Assembly: GCA_021604765.1 (NCBI GenBank)
Contig: BQJP01000003.1
Span: forward strand, 14,081 to 78,080
Origin: Thermodesulfobacteriota bacterium
GTDB lineage: Bacteria > Desulfobacterota_D > UBA1144 > Nemesobacterales > UBA2774
Reading direction: 5' to 3'
Length of the DNA stretch: 64,000 nucleotides
In this document: positions 29,668 through 39,140 of the stretch, in pieces
Position numbering within the stretch: position 1 is the first letter of the stretch
Layout: every line of letters starts with the position of its first letter
The notes under the pieces: generated by a model
Database searches by the model: none
What the model saw: the letters and a program-made list of their open reading frames with translations, nothing else
Told to the model about the DNA's origin: nothing
Position numbers and translations under genes: made by a program

Positions 29668-29671
29668 ACTC

Positions 29672-30391
29672 ATGAAAAAACTTGACGGTAAAATAGCACT
29701 CATAACAGGCGGTAGTAAAGGAATCGGAAAAGGAATTGCTGAGGCTTATCTAAAGCAAGGTGCTGAAGTTATAATTTGCGGACGAGATGAAGCTGATCTT
29801 ATGGCTACCGGTGATGAGCTTAAAGAGTTTGGGCAAATTAATTATGTAGTGTGTGACATTGCCAAGTTGTCTGATGTAAATAACCTTGCCGATCAAATTG
29901 AGGCGGTAAAGATAAAATTGGATATTCTGGTTAATAACGCAAGTATTTTAGGAGTCAGATCTCCTATAATTGAATACCCTGAAGATGTTTGGCAAGAAGT
30001 AATTCATGTCAATCTAAATGCTCAGTTTTTTATTACTAAAGCCCTTTTGCCATTATTGCTTAAATCTGAAAATGCTTCAATAATTAATGTTAGCTCCAGC
30101 GTTGGAAGAAAAGGTAAAGGAAATTGGGGAGCATATGCTGCTTCCAAATTTGGTGTTGAGGCTTTAACTCAGGTTTTAGCAGATGAGCTGGAAGATACTA
30201 ACGTCAGAGTTAATTCCGTTAACCCCGGTGGCACACGCACTGATATGAGAGCTGGAGCTTATCCAGATGAAGACCCCAATACCCTCCCTACCCCGCTTGA
30301 TATCTCACCTGTATTTGTCTATCTAGCATCCGACGAATCCCTCGATACGAACGGTCAGGAGTTTACCGCCCGCGAGTGGATCGGTAAGTAG
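29672..30391 (+). CDS. SDR-family oxidoreductase
   Basis: ITGGSKGIGKGIA, NNAS, YAASK motifs. Confidence 0.8.
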   Translation: MKKLDGKIALITGGSKGIGKGIAEAYLKQGAEVIICGRDEADLMATGDELKEFGQINYVVCDIAKLSDVNNLADQIEAVKIKLDILVNNASILGVRSPIIEYPEDVWQEVIHVNLNAQFFITKALLPLLLKSENASIINVSSSVGRKGKGNWGAYAASKFGVEALTQVLADELEDTNVRVNSVNPGGTRTDMRAGAYPDEDPNTLPTPLDISPVFVYLASDESLDTNGQEFTAREWIGK

Positions 30392-30396
30392 GTTCG

Positions 30397-31071
30397 TCAT
30401 ATAATCACATACAACTCTTTCGGTCCATGAACCCCTAGAGTTAAATTCAGTTCGATGTCAGCAGTACGGCTTGGTCCTGTGATGAATGTCATACAGCTTG
30501 TTATGTCTTCCCCTTCTCCAAGTTTGCTTTTTAAAATTACAAAAAGATCACGAATATTTCTAATAAGATTTTCAGGCCGTACAATTGCCAGGTGAATTGG
30601 TGGCAACAATGAAACACTTCTTGGCTGGCTCTTGTTTGTTAGAAGCACTAAAGTCCCCGTATCTGCAATGGCATAATTAACTTCTGTGATTCCAATTTCA
30701 GAAGTTGCAATTCTGTTTTTATTTTTAGCTGTGATTAATTTCAATCCTGCATCTTTAAGTTCATTCTTAATATTTAATTCTTTTAAAAATTTAGACTCCC
30801 AAATCGAAAAAGATTTTAATTCTTTTTCTTTGATCAGATTAAAGAGGGAATCTTTTATATTTATTCCATTCTTGGCTTCTATTACAGTTGTGTTTACATT
30901 ATTAAGCTCAGTTATAAATTGAGTTTTCAAATCGCTCTGCAGTTCATTTATTAACTTTTCAATCTCCTGAGCTTCACTCACAAAGTTCCTCTCTTCTAAA
31001 GTTTCTTCTGAGCTTGCACCTTTTAGCCCTTTTCTTATTGTATGTAAAATTTCTTCTCTTGAGTTACTCAT
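30397..31071 (-). CDS. lutC: Lactate-utilisation protein C (LUD domain)
   Basis: LUD-domain protein immediately downstream of lutA-lutB; 224 aa. Confidence 0.75.
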   Translation of the reverse strand: MSNSREEILHTIRKGLKGASSEETLEERNFVSEAQEIEKLINELQSDLKTQFITELNNVNTTVIEAKNGINIKDSLFNLIKEKELKSFSIWESKFLKELNIKNELKDAGLKLITAKNKNRIATSEIGITEVNYAIADTGTLVLLTNKSQPRSVSLLPPIHLAIVRPENLIRNIRDLFVILKSKLGEGEDITSCMTFITGPSRTADIELNLTLGVHGPKELYVII

Positions 31072-31098
31072 TGTGTCCTCAAATTTGGGATAGGCACC

Positions 31099-32535
31099 CT
31101 ACCCCATTTGCCCTCTTCTTTCTTTCCATCTATCCCTAAATGTTCTCTTTGCTACAGATGGGAAATCTCTCTGATCGGTCCATCTTGAAAACGGGTATGG
31201 CAGTGATTTTAATTTTCCATTACTCTCTTTCCACGGCGTTTGTAAATAGTACAATAGCTTATTAGTAATTTTATAGATCGAATTATTCAGGACTGTGAAT
31301 CGCCAAAATTTGATTCCTAATTTTTCTATAATATCTTTCGTATTCTTTACGCTAAGCTTTCTTGATTTAACAATTCGTTTTCTGAGTGTTAGAAGCACCT
31401 TTGGGAAATCAATTTTCACTGGACACACATCGTGACAGGCTCCACAAAGTGATGAGGCGAACGGCAGCTCAGCAGCTTTATCTATGCCCATTAACTGTGG
31501 GGTTATTATTGCCCCAATTGGCCCGGAGTAAACCGAGCCATATGAATGGCCGCCAACATGCCTGTAAACCGGGCAATTATTTAGACAGGCGCCACATCTG
31601 ATGCAATAAAGAGATTCTCTTGTTTCCTCTGATGCCAAAACGCCAGAGCGTCCATTGTCCAAAAGCACCAAGTGGAATTCTTCGGGGCCTTCTATGTCAC
31701 TAGGCTTCTTTGGCCCTGTAATAAATGAAACATATGTAGAAGACTTCTGACCCGTTGCGCTCCTTGCAAGAATAGTTAAAAACATTGATAAGTCTTCATA
31801 TCTTGGAATAAGTTTCTCTATACCTACAAGTGCCACGTGTATTTTGGGGACAGTAGTTGTAAGACGTGCATTTCCTTCATTTTCAACGACTACTATTGTT
31901 CCTGTTTCCGCAACAGCAAAGTTTGCTCCTGAGACTCCCATATCAGCATTTAAGAACTCACTCCTTAATTTCTCTCTGGCTACTTTTGTGAGTTCCTCTG
32001 GATTTTCATAATGTGGTATACCTAATTTCTCTGAAAACAGTTTTGATATATCATCTTTAGTTTTATGAATAGCTGGAGCTATTATATGAGAAGGATGCTC
32101 ACCAGCTAATTGAATAATATATTCACCCAGATCAGTCTCAACTACTTTTATTCCTGCACTTTCGAAACTACTGTTAAGATCTATCTCTTCAGTAGCCATG
32201 GATTTACTTTTTACTACTGATTTAACGTTTCTTTCATTTGCAATGTTTACTATTATTTGAGAAGCTTCATCAGCGTCTTTTGCCCAATGAACCCTACCGC
32301 CAGATTTTATTACATTTTCCTCAAGCAGGGTGAGATATTTATCCAGATTTTCAATCGTATTCTTCTTTATTTCTCTAACATTGGATCTTAACTCTTCCCA
32401 ACCGGGTACTTCACTGCTGGCTTTATTTCTTGCTGAACGGAAACGATCGGTAACATTCACCAGTGCTTTTTGTAGTGGTTTGTTCTGAATTGCTTTGTCT
32501 GAGTCTTTTTCAAATCTAACTTCTTCAAATCCCAT
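31099..32535 (-). CDS. lutB: Lactate-utilisation protein B (iron-sulfur cluster-binding, DUF162/LUD plus 4Fe-4S)
   Basis: CIRCGACLNNCPVY...CGACHDVCPV ferredoxin-type cysteine motifs plus a LUD domain; 478 aa. Confidence 0.85.
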   Translation of the reverse strand: MGFEEVRFEKDSDKAIQNKPLQKALVNVTDRFRSARNKASSEVPGWEELRSNVREIKKNTIENLDKYLTLLEENVIKSGGRVHWAKDADEASQIIVNIANERNVKSVVKSKSMATEEIDLNSSFESAGIKVVETDLGEYIIQLAGEHPSHIIAPAIHKTKDDISKLFSEKLGIPHYENPEELTKVAREKLRSEFLNADMGVSGANFAVAETGTIVVVENEGNARLTTTVPKIHVALVGIEKLIPRYEDLSMFLTILARSATGQKSSTYVSFITGPKKPSDIEGPEEFHLVLLDNGRSGVLASEETRESLYCIRCGACLNNCPVYRHVGGHSYGSVYSGPIGAIITPQLMGIDKAAELPFASSLCGACHDVCPVKIDFPKVLLTLRKRIVKSRKLSVKNTKDIIEKLGIKFWRFTVLNNSIYKITNKLLYYLQTPWKESNGKLKSLPYPFSRWTDQRDFPSVAKRTFRDRWKERRGQMG

Positions 32536-32537
32536 TT

Positions 32538-33314
32538 TTATCCTCTACTTGCTAAAAGCTGAGCTAAATGTATTACCTTTATCGGAATATTTCTTCTGCT
32601 TAAAGCACCACCAATATTCATCAAACAGCCCATATCGGCAGATACAACCGTGTCAGCACCGCTATTAACAATGCAATCTATTTTCTCATCCAACATCGAG
32701 ACTGAAACATTTGGAAATTTAATTGAAAAAGTGCCGCCAAACCCGCAACATGCGTCATGGAGATCCATTTCTTTGAATTTGACCCCTTTTACAGAGTTTA
32801 TTAATTGCCTTGGAGCATCTTTAACTCTAAGTTCTCTGAGCAAATGACAGGAATCGTGATAAGTTATAACGCCATCATATTTTGCCCCAATATCTACAGT
32901 GTTGAGAACTTTTATTAAAAATTCAGAAAACTCATAAGTATTTTCCTTTATACGAGAGACTTTTTTTAATATTTCAGGGGAGTTTTTAAATAAATCTTCA
33001 TAAAACACTTTAACCATTGAAGTGCATGAACCAGATGGACAGATAATATATGTTTCAGTATTTGAATCGTGATTTAGTGTTTTTTCAAAAATGGAGATGA
33101 ACCTTTTAGCTACAACTCTAGCATCATCTTGGTAACCGCTATTAAATGCGGGTTGACCACAGCAAGTTTGTTCTTCGATAAAATCAACTTCAACACCAAG
33201 ATCATCGAGAACTTTTAACATGCTTTCCCCTACTTCAGGGAAAAAAGTGTCTACTAGGCAAGTTATGAATATATATACTTTAATTGGCCGTTTTGTAGCG
33301 TTTTTGTTATTCAT
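32538..33314 (-). CDS. lutA: Lactate-utilisation protein A ((Fe-S)-binding CCG-domain oxidoreductase subunit)
   Basis: Two CCG cysteine-rich domains (CLVDTFFPEV...CCGQP; CHLLRE...CCGFGG); 258 aa. Confidence 0.85.
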   Translation of the reverse strand: MNNKNATKRPIKVYIFITCLVDTFFPEVGESMLKVLDDLGVEVDFIEEQTCCGQPAFNSGYQDDARVVAKRFISIFEKTLNHDSNTETYIICPSGSCTSMVKVFYEDLFKNSPEILKKVSRIKENTYEFSEFLIKVLNTVDIGAKYDGVITYHDSCHLLRELRVKDAPRQLINSVKGVKFKEMDLHDACCGFGGTFSIKFPNVSVSMLDEKIDCIVNSGADTVVSADMGCLMNIGGALSRRNIPIKVIHLAQLLASRG

Positions 33315-33367
33315 ATTAATTCCTGTACAGAATTTAACTCAATTGATTATCACAACAAGCTACAACA

Positions 33368-34486
33368 ATGTCAATTTCAAAAATCTTGAAGAGAATCCAT
33401 ATCATTGTAGAATCAATAAACGAGATGAATAATATGGATAAAAATGAACTTCCAATTCCAGAGCATTTTAAACCTGACAAAGTTGGGGAAGTTTGGCGTG
33501 TAGATTATCAAAATATAGCAACACTGGCGTCAGATTGGGCCAATGAGCATAAATTGAGAGCGGCTGCGCAAGATCGCTTTAATGTCTGCCTTATCTTAGT
33601 AGATGTTCAGAATACATTTTGCATACCTGGATACGAGCTTTATGTTGGAGGACGAACAGGTACCGGAGCAGTTGATGATAATCAGAGACTGGCTCAATTT
33701 ATATATAAGAATATTCATAGGATTACTGAGATAGTTCCCACAATGGATACCCATCAGGCTATGCAGATTTTTCACAGCGTTTTTTTTGTGAATGAGGATG
33801 GACGGCATCCGAAACCATATACTCAAATAACATTAGAAGATATAAAAGAAGAAAGATGGAAATTTAATACTGAGATCAACCATAGTTTGTCTTATAGCTC
33901 TGAATATATAGAAAAACACTTGTTGCATTATACAGAAGAACTTAAAAGGTTGGGCAAATATGATCTTACCATTTGGCCGTATCACGCTATGCTTGGAGGA
34001 ATCGGGCACGCACTGGTCTCTAGTATAGAAGAGGCAATATTCTTTCATACCATAGCAAGATTTTCTGAACCTCATATTCATGTTAAAGGCGACCACCCTT
34101 TAACTGAGCACTATTCTGTATTGAAACCGGAAGTATCTACTGGACCTGATGGAAGTCTCTTGCCTCAAAGGGAGGAATCTCTATTTCAAAACCCTTCAAG
34201 TTCTAAAGTCATTTATCAAAAACTGTTTGATAATGACATAGTAATAATTGCAGGACAAGCAAAAAGTCACTGTGTGGCATGGACTATTGAAGATTTGCTT
34301 AAATTAACTAATAAAGACGAAAATCATCTTCTTAAGAAAATTTATTTGCTAGAAGACTGTACTTCGTCAGTTGTTGTCCCCGATGTAATTGATTATACAG
34401 ATCAGGCAGATCAGGCGTTTCAAGAATTTTCAGATGCTGGAATAAATGTGGTTAGATCGACAGATAATATTTCAGACTGGACATAA
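33368..34486 (+). CDS. Isochorismatase-like cysteine-hydrolase-family protein (long form, about 350 aa)
   Basis: CLILVDVQNTF (Asp) and AGQAKSHCVAWT (Cys) motifs. The true start is probably Met at 33425 or 33434, leaving room for a divergent promoter with lutA. Confidence 0.55.
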   Translation: MSISKILKRIHIIVESINEMNNMDKNELPIPEHFKPDKVGEVWRVDYQNIATLASDWANEHKLRAAAQDRFNVCLILVDVQNTFCIPGYELYVGGRTGTGAVDDNQRLAQFIYKNIHRITEIVPTMDTHQAMQIFHSVFFVNEDGRHPKPYTQITLEDIKEERWKFNTEINHSLSYSSEYIEKHLLHYTEELKRLGKYDLTIWPYHAMLGGIGHALVSSIEEAIFFHTIARFSEPHIHVKGDHPLTEHYSVLKPEVSTGPDGSLLPQREESLFQNPSSSKVIYQKLFDNDIVIIAGQAKSHCVAWTIEDLLKLTNKDENHLLKKIYLLEDCTSSVVVPDVIDYTDQADQAFQEFSDAGINVVRSTDNISDWT

Positions 34487-34527
34487 TAAATTTTCATTTT
34501 GTCTAGGACAGATATTTTATGTTATAG

Positions 34528-34899
<372 letters not shown>

Positions 34900-34912
34900 T
34901 GTTATTATTTAT

Positions 34913-37759
34913 CTAGCTTATTCCCAATGCTTCAGCGTCTCTATCTGAAAGAAATGCTCCATTGAAGCGTTCTTTAACTGTACCGTCTCTTTTCCAGGAG
35001 CGCTCACATCTAAGCTCATCTGATAAATCTTTAACAGAGATTTGAAAGGTTTCGCTTTGACTTAAACTAAATTTGCTAACTCCACACAGATCAGCTAGTT
35101 CAGATTCAAACGGCTTAAATGCTTCAAATGATTCAGAGTCTATATTTACAACTATTTCTGTATCTAATGGATTGCTAATGCCATCAGTTGCTTTCGCATC
35201 TTCAAGCGCTTTGAGAGCTTTTCCCCTCAACTCCATAATGTTGTCCCAGTTAGAGTCCGTCGCATAGTTTATATCTTGAGGCATTTCCAAAAGATGGACA
35301 CTATTTTCAGTGCCCTGCTCTTCGTTCTTTAGACTCCTATATGCCTCATCTGAAGTGTGAACAAGAATTGGAGATAGAAGTCTTATTAGGGCATCTGCAA
35401 TGTTGTACATGGCGGTTTGAGATCTCCTTCTTTTTCTGCTGTCACTTTTCTCACAATACAATCTGTCTTTTATTGCAGCTAGATATACAGCACTTAGAGT
35501 TTCATAGCAGAAATGGAATATGAGCTCATTTGCTTTTTTATAGTCCAGGTTCTGATATGCATTGTTAGTTTCGGTTATGAATTTAGATAGCTCAGACATT
35601 GCCCAACTATCAAGTGAATATTTGTCATCATCAGCAAATTCAACAGAGTCTTTAGCCGGGTCGAAGTCGTTTATGTTTCCAAGCAGGAACCTGATTGTAT
35701 TTCTTACTTTACGGTATTCATCCGCTGCTACTTTGAAGAACTCAAGATCAACTTTAATGTCGTTTGTATATTTAAGTGAGCTAACCCACCAGCGGCAAAT
35801 ATCCGCACCATTTGTTTTGAGTAGCTCTTCAACTTCAAGAGCATTCCCGCCCGACTTGCTCATTTTTCTGCCTTGAGCATCTACCATAAATCCATGAGTA
35901 AGAAGTGCTTTAAAAGGAGGTATTCCTGTTGCACCTAGTGCCGGTAATAGAGAAAGCTGAAACCATCCTCTGTGCTGATCAGATCCTTCAAGATATAGAT
36001 CGGCAGGATAGCCAATATCTCTTTGCTCCAATACTGAATGCCAGGACGATCCTGATTCAAACCAGACATCAAATATGTCCATTCCTAATTTTAAATTGTC
36101 CAGAGCTCCATCTTGCTTTGCCCACTTAGGTGCCTGATCGTCATTTTTTGGGTCATAACCCTCAATGATTTCTTCAGCTGTAGCTTTAAACCAGAAGTTT
36201 GCGCCATGTTCTCTAATCTTTTCTATCACAATTTTGACTGAAGCCGGGGTTAATAGAATTTCATCATTTTCGTTTACAAATGCAGGAATTGGAAGACCCC
36301 AAGCTCTTTGTCTACTGATGCACCAATCGGGTCTTGATTCAAGCATTCCTCTTAGGCGGTTTTTTCCCCACTCTGGGTAAAAAGCGACAATGTTTTCTGT
36401 TGCATTAAGTCCGAGTTCTCTAAGGCTTTTTTCAAATTCCGGAGTGGTTTTGTCTACCCCGACAAACCACTGCTCTGTGGCTCTGAAGATAGTTGGAGTT
36501 TTGCTTCTCCAATCGTGAGGGTAGCTATGTAAATATTCTTCATCATGGAAAAGATGGCCAGATTCTCTAAGATGATCCGAAATAATATTATTGCCCTTCC
36601 ATACATTTACACCTTGTATCCATTTTGGAACCGTATCATCAAAAGTCCCATCTCCTAAAACTGGACAGTAAATATCAAGTCCTTCCTTAAGCCCGGTTTG
36701 ATAGTCATCTACTCCATGACCCGGAGCTGTGTGCACTAAACCAGTGCCGTCTTCAAATGTTACATATTCGGCTGTTACTAGCTTGCTTATTCGATCTGCA
36801 AAAGGATGTTTATATGTAATTGCGGCGTCTGCTAAATCCTTGCCTTTGCATGTGCCAATTTTCTCAAAACTATCAGCACCTGCTTTGCCAAATACTTTTT
36901 CTGCAAGAGTTTCCACTAATATTGTATAATACTCCTCTCCGCCTTTAATTACTTTATATAACCCGTAATCACCATCTGAAGAAACGGCTACTGCAAGGTT
37001 GGCAGGCAGAGTCCAGGGGGTTGTTGTCCAGATTAGAAGCGAAGCTGAAACATTATCTGGCAAATTCATTTCTTTTGGAAGTGAATCCGCATTTTCTATT
37101 TCAAATAATACATAGATACTTCTATCCTTGCGGTCGTAGTATTCAAGCTCAGCATCTGCAAGAGCGGTTTGATTTTCTATTGACCAATGTACTGGTTTTA
37201 AATCTCTATAAATAAGTCCCCTTTCAACTAATTTTGAGAAGACTTCGAGAACACCCGCTTCATAATCAGGAGTCATGGTCAGGTAAGGATTTTCATAGTT
37301 GCCTATAGTGCCAAGCCTCTTCATTTGTTTGGACTGCATCTTTACATATTTCTCTGCATCTGCCTGGCATTTATATCTGATCTTAAGTTTATTTAAATCT
37401 TTGGCTTTGTCCCCAAGGTCTTTAAGGACTTTGTGCTCTATAGGAAGTCCATGGCAGTCCCAACCTGGTATAAAATCGACATTGTAACCAAGCATTGTTT
37501 TTGATCTTACTACAATATCTTTTAGGACTTTGTTTAGGAGATGCCCCAAGTGGATCGGACCGTTCGCATAGGGAGGGCCATCGTGAAAAATAAACTTGTC
37601 TTTTCCCTGAGAATTTTCTCTTATTCTCTCATAGAGATTTATTTTGTCCCACCTTTTTTGAATCTCAGGTTCTTTTTGGTTCAGATTAGCCTTCATCGGG
37701 AATGTTGTCCTAGGAAGGTTAAGGGTATCTTTGTAATTTACTTTGTTTGCCTCTGACAT
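34913..37759 (-). CDS. ileS: Isoleucine--tRNA ligase
   Basis: HLGH (PYANGPIHLGH) and KMSKS class-I motifs, CP1 editing domain, 948 aa; N-terminus typical of IleS. Confidence 0.95.
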   Translation of the reverse strand: MSEANKVNYKDTLNLPRTTFPMKANLNQKEPEIQKRWDKINLYERIRENSQGKDKFIFHDGPPYANGPIHLGHLLNKVLKDIVVRSKTMLGYNVDFIPGWDCHGLPIEHKVLKDLGDKAKDLNKLKIRYKCQADAEKYVKMQSKQMKRLGTIGNYENPYLTMTPDYEAGVLEVFSKLVERGLIYRDLKPVHWSIENQTALADAELEYYDRKDRSIYVLFEIENADSLPKEMNLPDNVSASLLIWTTTPWTLPANLAVAVSSDGDYGLYKVIKGGEEYYTILVETLAEKVFGKAGADSFEKIGTCKGKDLADAAITYKHPFADRISKLVTAEYVTFEDGTGLVHTAPGHGVDDYQTGLKEGLDIYCPVLGDGTFDDTVPKWIQGVNVWKGNNIISDHLRESGHLFHDEEYLHSYPHDWRSKTPTIFRATEQWFVGVDKTTPEFEKSLRELGLNATENIVAFYPEWGKNRLRGMLESRPDWCISRQRAWGLPIPAFVNENDEILLTPASVKIVIEKIREHGANFWFKATAEEIIEGYDPKNDDQAPKWAKQDGALDNLKLGMDIFDVWFESGSSWHSVLEQRDIGYPADLYLEGSDQHRGWFQLSLLPALGATGIPPFKALLTHGFMVDAQGRKMSKSGGNALEVEELLKTNGADICRWWVSSLKYTNDIKVDLEFFKVAADEYRKVRNTIRFLLGNINDFDPAKDSVEFADDDKYSLDSWAMSELSKFITETNNAYQNLDYKKANELIFHFCYETLSAVYLAAIKDRLYCEKSDSRKRRRSQTAMYNIADALIRLLSPILVHTSDEAYRSLKNEEQGTENSVHLLEMPQDINYATDSNWDNIMELRGKALKALEDAKATDGISNPLDTEIVVNIDSESFEAFKPFESELADLCGVSKFSLSQSETFQISVKDLSDELRCERSWKRDGTVKERFNGAFLSDRDAEALGIS

Positions 37760-37919
37760 ATAGCTCTAATTAATCTCCTAAATTATTGATAAAAATTATA
37801 CTATGCAGAACTTTATTCAATTAGATCAATGAGATAGAAAGTGAATATTTGTTTCTGAGTTGAGGGAAAATATTAGCTTAGATGGGATGAAATGCAAGTT
37901 GAATAAGTGACAAAATATT

Positions 37920-38264
37920 TCAGTCTTCTTCTCCAATGACCTGCTTTAGTTCATTTAAAAGGGTGCTTGCAATAACCACCCATTTATCCCATTCTTCGTT
38001 GTAATCTTTATTTTGGTCTACAGGCTTTAGCAATTTGAAGCCATAGTTCGTATTTTCTATTTTGAATCCATCGTCTTCACTGAGTTTGTTTTCTAAAATC
38101 TCAACATATCTTTGTAGTAGTTTTAACTTTTCTTTGTCACCTTCTCTATATTCTGCAACAAAAGTTTCTCCTGTTCGAGCTGTGGGCATCTGCATAAAAG
38201 AACTCTGCTCGAAATAAATACCTTTATTAATGAATTCAGCTCTCATTGAGATTAAAACTTCCAT
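37920..38264 (-). CDS. Hypothetical acidic protein (114 aa)
   Basis: ORF with a good RBS (GAGGATAAAATG). No recognisable domain. A tandem repeat sits immediately upstream. Confidence 0.45.
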   Translation of the reverse strand: MEVLISMRAEFINKGIYFEQSSFMQMPTARTGETFVAEYREGDKEKLKLLQRYVEILENKLSEDDGFKIENTNYGFKLLKPVDQNKDYNEEWDKWVVIASTLLNELKQVIGEED

Positions 38265-38280
38265 TTTATCCTCTATCCTT

Positions 38281-38324
38281 ATGAATAAGTTCTATTTTAA
38301 GAATGAATAAGTTCTATTTTAAGA
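38281..38324. repeat. Perfect tandem direct repeat, 2 x 22 bp (ATGAATAAGTTCTATTTTAAGA), in the divergent intergenic region
   Basis: Read directly. It lies 17-60 bp upstream of the 37920-38264 gene start. On the minus strand it reads TCTTAAAATAGAACTTATTCAT, containing a TAAAAT -10-like hexamer in each copy. Confidence 0.9.
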
Positions 38325-38387
38325 TGTTATAGGCTTTTATGTCAAGATAGTTTTTAATACAAGCAAAATATACCAAATTTAAGTATA

Positions 38388-39137
38388 ATGATAATTAATA
38401 GTTTGAATAGGCAGGAGGAAAGCAAAGTGCGTTTTAAAGATAGGGTTGCAGTAATAACTGGCGGAACGGGTGGCTTAGGCAAACAAGTAATCTCTGTATT
38501 CTTAAGTGAAGGAACTTCTGTATATACTACATATATAGACCGAAGCCAACTCGCAGTTTCCTTAGATCTTAAAGAAGAATATGGAGAGAAGCTACAGTTC
38601 AGAAAAGCAGATGTGACAAAAGCTAGTCATATGTCGAAAATTGTCGAAGGAGCTATCAATAAATTCGGGCGTGTAGATTTTTTAATTAACATAGTTGGTG
38701 GGTTTGCCATGGCTAAACTTGTTGATACTGAAGAAGCTTTATGGAATAAGATGATGAATATGAATCTAAATTCAGTTTTTGTTTCTTCCAAAGCTGTATT
38801 GCCACAAATGATGGAACAAAAGTACGGACGGATAATTAATATTGGTGCCCGACCGGCTTTGACTGGTGTTAAAAATATGTCAGCTTATGGAGCTTCAAAA
38901 GCAGGTGTAATTAATTTAACTCAATCCATGGCTGACGAACTGTCAGACTCAAATATCAATGTAAATGCAATTATTCCAGGAACAATGGACACACCAAGAA
39001 ATAGAAAAGATATGCCAAAGGCTGATTTTAAGAAATGGGTTAAACCTGAAGATATTGCAGAGGTCATAGCCTTCTTATGTTCTAATGAAGGTGATAAAAT
39101 CAGTGGGGCAATTTTGCCTGTTTATGGAAAGACGTAA
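38388..39137 (+). CDS. SDR-family oxidoreductase
   Basis: VITGGTGGLGK Rossmann motif, YGASK dyad. The likely real start is GTG at 38427, preceded by AGGAGG, with a TATAAT hexamer at about 38374. Confidence 0.8.
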   Translation: MIINSLNRQEESKVRFKDRVAVITGGTGGLGKQVISVFLSEGTSVYTTYIDRSQLAVSLDLKEEYGEKLQFRKADVTKASHMSKIVEGAINKFGRVDFLINIVGGFAMAKLVDTEEALWNKMMNMNLNSVFVSSKAVLPQMMEQKYGRIINIGARPALTGVKNMSAYGASKAGVINLTQSMADELSDSNINVNAIIPGTMDTPRNRKDMPKADFKKWVKPEDIAEVIAFLCSNEGDKISGAILPVYGKT

Positions 39138-39140
39138 CTA

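Noticed and set aside
37760-37919. Possible T-box leader upstream of ileS
   Set aside because: I looked for the T-box consensus (AGGGTGGnACCGCG) and specifier/antiterminator structure in the 160-nt leader and found none. Only a TATAAT-containing promoter-like stretch was present.
38281-38324. CRISPR array
   Set aside because: There are only two contiguous identical 22-bp units with no spacers and no cas genes. This is a simple tandem repeat.
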